From contig OZ024746.1 in assembly GCA_964016885.1 (NCBI GenBank), forward strand, positions 15,438,001-15,502,000: a stretch of 64,000 nt of DNA, given 5' to 3'. The stretch's first letter is position 1. The number at the start of each line of letters is the position of its first letter. Source of the stretch: Eledone cirrhosa (lineage: Eukaryota). This document shows positions 59,642 to 64,000 of this stretch, one piece after another. The position numbers and the translations under genes are program-made. Under the pieces are notes generated by a model, which ran no database searches, was not told the origin of the DNA, and saw nothing but the letters and a program-made list of their open reading frames with translations.

Positions 59642-61050
59642 ATAAAGAATTAGTATATCTACCAACATATATATACAGATGCATACCTATGCTAGCAAAT
59701 ATATAGGTTTTGTCTTAGTAACTTTGTGGTTCAATGCAAGGGGATGCAGAACAATTATATGAAAGACGTAAAATAAGAAAATTATAAAAATTAACTTACT
59801 TACTAAAATTTCACTCCAACTAATTAGTTTCTGAAAGGGAATAAACATGGTTTCCAAATTGAAAACATGGAAAACCCTTTCGTCATCAGGAAGTCTGTTC
59901 TCAGATAAGTTACCAGGCGATGCGTGGACACGGGGAACTTATGCAAAAATAATTCAGTGGATGGAAAAAAGCAAGCGTGGACTAAATTCCAAGACATTGA
60001 AAAAATCACTGCCTACTTGGTCGGTGGCAAATTCAAAAGAATCAATCACGTGACATCGAGGTTAATCAGTGAGGAGTGGGGTGTTAAAAAGACAGTAGCC
60101 GAGCCATTACTATGAACTATAGTAGCAGTTTTGGAAAATTTTTGCTCAACAAAATAATTTGGAGATAATTATAAAGAATTAGTATATTTACCAACATATA
60201 TATACAGATGCATACCTATGCTAGTTTTTTTCCATCCACTGAATTATTTTTGTATAAGTACCAACATATATATACAGATGCATACCTACGCTTGCTTTTT
60301 TCCATCCACTGAATTATTTTTGTATAAGTTCCCTGTGTCCACGCATCGCCTGGTAACTTATCTGAGAACAGACTTCCTGATGACGAAAGGCTTTTCCATG
60401 CTTTCTATTTGGAAACCATGTTTATTCCCTTTCAGAAACTAATTAGTTGGAGTGAAATTTTAGTAAGTAAGTTAATTTTTATAATTTTCTTATTTTACGT
60501 CTTAAATATAATTGTTCTGCATCCCCTTGCATTGAACCACAAAGTTACTAAGACAAAACCTATATATTTGCTAGCATAGGTATGCATCTGTATATATATG
60601 TTGGTAAATATACTAATTCTTTATAATTATCTCCAAATTATTTTGTTGGGCAAAAATTTGCCAAAAATGCTACTATAGTTCATAGTAATGGCTCGGCTAC
60701 TGTCTTTTTAACACCCCACTCATCACTGATTAACCTCGATGTCACGTGATTGATTCTTTTGAATTTGCCACCGACCAAGTAGGCAGTGATTTTTTCAATG
60801 TCTTGGAATTTAGTTCACGCTTGCTTTTTTCCATCCACTGAATTATTTTTGTATAAGTTCCCTGTGTCCACGCATCGCCTGGTACTTATCTGAGAATAGA
60901 CTTCCTGATGACGAAAGGGTTTTCCATGTTTTCAATTTGGAAACCATGTTTATTCCCTTTCAGAAACTAATTAGTTGGAGTGAAATTTTAGTAAGTAAGT
61001 TAATTTTTATAATTTTCTTATTTTACGTCTTTCATATAATTGTTCTGCAT
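59642..61050. repeat. ~529-bp unit present as 1.1 copies in one orientation and 1.4 tandem copies in the other
   Basis: 59642 recurs at 60171 and 60289 recurs at 60818; the two blocks are reverse complements. CTGATGACGAAA occurs once per unit. A fragment also lies at 13860-13950. Confidence 0.9.
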
Positions 61051-61238
61051 TTTTTTTTCTATAGGGTGTAAAATAAAAACCAGAATTGAACCCAAAGCTA
61101 AGATCTCCGCCGTCTCTAGTACTTACCGATAGGCCACAAAGACAACTACGAAAACCTTATGAAAATTCATACTTATAAACCTACTTTCAAGGGCGGTGCC
61201 TCAGCATGGCCTCAGCCGGATGGCTGGAACAGGTAAAA

Positions 61239-61288
<50 letters not shown>

Positions 61289-61410
61289 GCATGTGTATAA
61301 AGGTATATAAATATATACACGCATTAAACTATATCTTCCTCTCCACATATAGAGAGATAGATATATTTCTTTATAGATAGATAGATATATAGATAAACGA
61401 TATGAATAGT

Positions 61411-61451
<41 letters not shown>

Positions 61452-61910
61452 GTATAGACACATACATTCCCTCACACTCCACACCGCTAATAACGAGAGA
61501 AAAACACTACACTGTTTAAGTAATATCACAATGAAAAGAAAAACACCAACCATATACACAATTTCACATATCCATCAATTATAGAGTCATTTTCTGCTCC
61601 AGTGCACACCGAATTTGCTCAACTCCTTTCTTCCTTTCTTCTTTGGTAAGTTTAGTTATTAGAATTCTTTGTCTGCCGTTTGTTTTTATATAATTTGAGG
61701 GTGTTATATCATGTTTTTTTTGCTGTGTTGTTCTGTGTTATTTGTTTAGACTGGTATATGCAGAACAAGGGTCATTTCAGTTATGATACAAGATGCAACC
61801 CAACTGGGTGTCTTATTTGATATTCCTGCATATAGATGTTGTGGCATAGATGTCTGTCTAAATCATTATCATTACTAGAATACTACACGTGTGTGTGTAT
61901 ATACACACAC

Positions 61911-61954
<44 letters not shown>

Positions 61955-62829
61955 TGTTCTAATTCTACACCATCTACGTTCTGTGTAATTTTAATGATTC
62001 CTTTTCTTTTATATATTCTTTAGAAGGGAAGAACTGTTTCCATAATCTTTACAGAACCTCTGAGGCTAGTTGGTGACTAGAAGGGATCTTTAAATAGGCC
62101 CAAATATTTGCAACAGAGGGGACTCTAGAAAAGACACTACTCAGTGGCCAGCTGGTGGCAACCATGACCAGTTTGTGGCCCCACTTTCGGCGACCATTTA
62201 AGTGTATCACCCATCCAGGCCACGTCAGGATTTGAATGACGAACCGAGCGTGTTGAAAAAAATATCACAAATCCTGTTATCCTTCTCTCTAATAATCCCC
62301 ACCTTAGGCTGTAACTTTATTTATTGACTTCTGGAAAGACAGGGCTGACCTCGTTGGTATACGAACCCATAATTCAAAGCACTGTGTCTGACGTGTCATC
62401 ACTCCTGCCAAATCCCAGTCTTAGCTACATTAATTATTTCAAAAGGAATTCACCCTATTTTAGACTTTGTATGATTTTTAAATCCTCCTCCGTTTCGATA
62501 ATTTTACCGCTTACATTAAGTTCTATAATAATTGCTAAACTACATACAGCAGTAATAATTAGAAAATCACACTCGCACTCATTTCACTGGTGCAGAAAAT
62601 ATTTAGAATGAAAACAAATCTTTCTTGCAATGTATTTATTATTTAGTTTGGATTTTTTATCTACATGTTTGTTTGCATCCATAATTTTAATGCGCTCAAT
62701 TCATTAGTGAACAGTTCCGTCAGGAATTCCCATCATAGTTAGAGTTAATTAATAAATTAATTAATTATTAATTACTGTTTTCTTCTTTGTATGTTGCTAG
62801 TCGATAAGAGAGGAGGAGGAGGGGCAAAG

Positions 62830-63670
62830 CTCTCACAAACCCGCTCCGATGTTTCCAACTGTCTGGCATGTACCAACATTTCTCGAATGGGCCAATGTGG
62901 ACATGAACAAACAGCATTGGGTCGTCCAAATTGCATCTAGACAGAGTATTCTGGAGGCCAGTAGAGTTGTTGCCAACAATATATAGTAATTGGCTATACA
63001 GATTTTTTTTATCTGAGAGATATACCTAGATAGGCTTTCTAGAAAGAAACCCGGTTGCTGGAAGCTGAACACATTTTTCCCGGTGCATAAAGTTACAGAG
63101 ACTGGATTAATGAACTAGTGCTGATGGGACAATTGTCAACAACTAATAGTGGTTAGCCTTGAAAAGTGTGGCTAGAATAGAATCGACAGGGTTTATTAAG
63201 GAAGAGAAGCGATACAGATAACTATATTAGAGGGAGAACTAGTTAGAAACATCAAAGAGACTTTTAGGAAAGGCATTGCGACCAACGTACTTGAGGGGAA
63301 ATTGGCCCTCGACAAATACTTCAACATGCAGAACGAAAGTTGCGTTGTAGTGTTAAAGTGTGTGTTCTAAGACACGAAGGAACAAAATTCATTCAATAGG
63401 CCCGAGAAGCAGAGATGCGGCGTTGCAACAAAACCTCAATCCGGTCCTTGGAGAACCACAATGAGCGCGAGCTACTTGATTCCAAACAAATGTGTGGAAG
63501 CTTTTCAACGGCACTTTGGCCGACTGTTCAGTATGGATTTCAGTGTCTACTTTGACGGCCTGTCACGATTCTCGACAACGGAGAAGTAATTATGCGAAAA
63601 GCCGATAATAGCCACTGATAAACGGGAGGTGAGTGCTGGCTGCCCGAAGGGCATATCGCCTGGTTTGGTT
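62830..63670 (+). pseudogene. Decayed copy of the Tx1-like ORF2 (APE end and linker)
   Basis: Nucleotide similarity to 52700-53580, e.g. tacctagatag, atccggtc.ttg and atgtgtg..gc.tttcaa.ggcactttg.ccgactgttc. Confidence 0.8.
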
Positions 63671-64000
63671 AGCCTATCATACGTGGTTTACGCTTTACGT
63701 TTTTTCTTTCCAGATCATTGATCAGTATTCTGTTATATTTTGTTTTTCTGACTTTCCCTGCGGACAGATTAGTAGGTATACGAGATATTTCATATCCCTT
63801 TGTAAGGGCACAGTACATTGCAAGTGGTCGCGAAGCAACACACGGCTTTTTAGAACAAAAAACCGACACCTTATCGCTTTACCCTTTTGATTACTGTAAC
63901 ATTACATAGCTAAAAACTTCCAGGCATTAAATGACCAGCAGAGATTCAATATTCTTACCGTTCATATTTATAGAAATGTAATCTCAGTGAGATGGTAAAA

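Overview
AT-rich, microsatellite-saturated eukaryotic (animal) DNA. The repeat landscape (huge (TA)n/(CA)n/(GA)n tracts, tRNA-like SINEs, a C2H2-finger-bearing RTE LINE) resembles an octopus/cephalopod genome, which is an inference. Host coding content is limited to 3-5 phase-1 exons of a minus-strand Sushi/CCP-EGF-cbEGF extracellular protein gene (about 5.0-7.0 kb). Mobile elements include a near-full-length Tx1/L1-type LINE (about 50.0-55.9 kb) with decayed relatives, a 5'-truncated RTE LINE with internally deleted derivatives, two SINE families, a probable Helitron and many minisatellites. The most striking unannotated signal is a dense set of short non-coding elements, mostly embedded in (TA)n tracts, that carry minimal type I hammerhead-ribozyme motifs of the Penelope/retrozyme kind. 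One is structurally complete (22846-22906). Several others are fold-back palindromes whose symmetry axis lies in or next to the ribozyme and which share a GTATTGAGTAC tail motif. There is also a ~529-bp tandem+inverted unit with a stem-II-less core. Almost all ORFs in the supplied track are microsatellite artefacts. All structures were read by eye, so boundaries are approximate.
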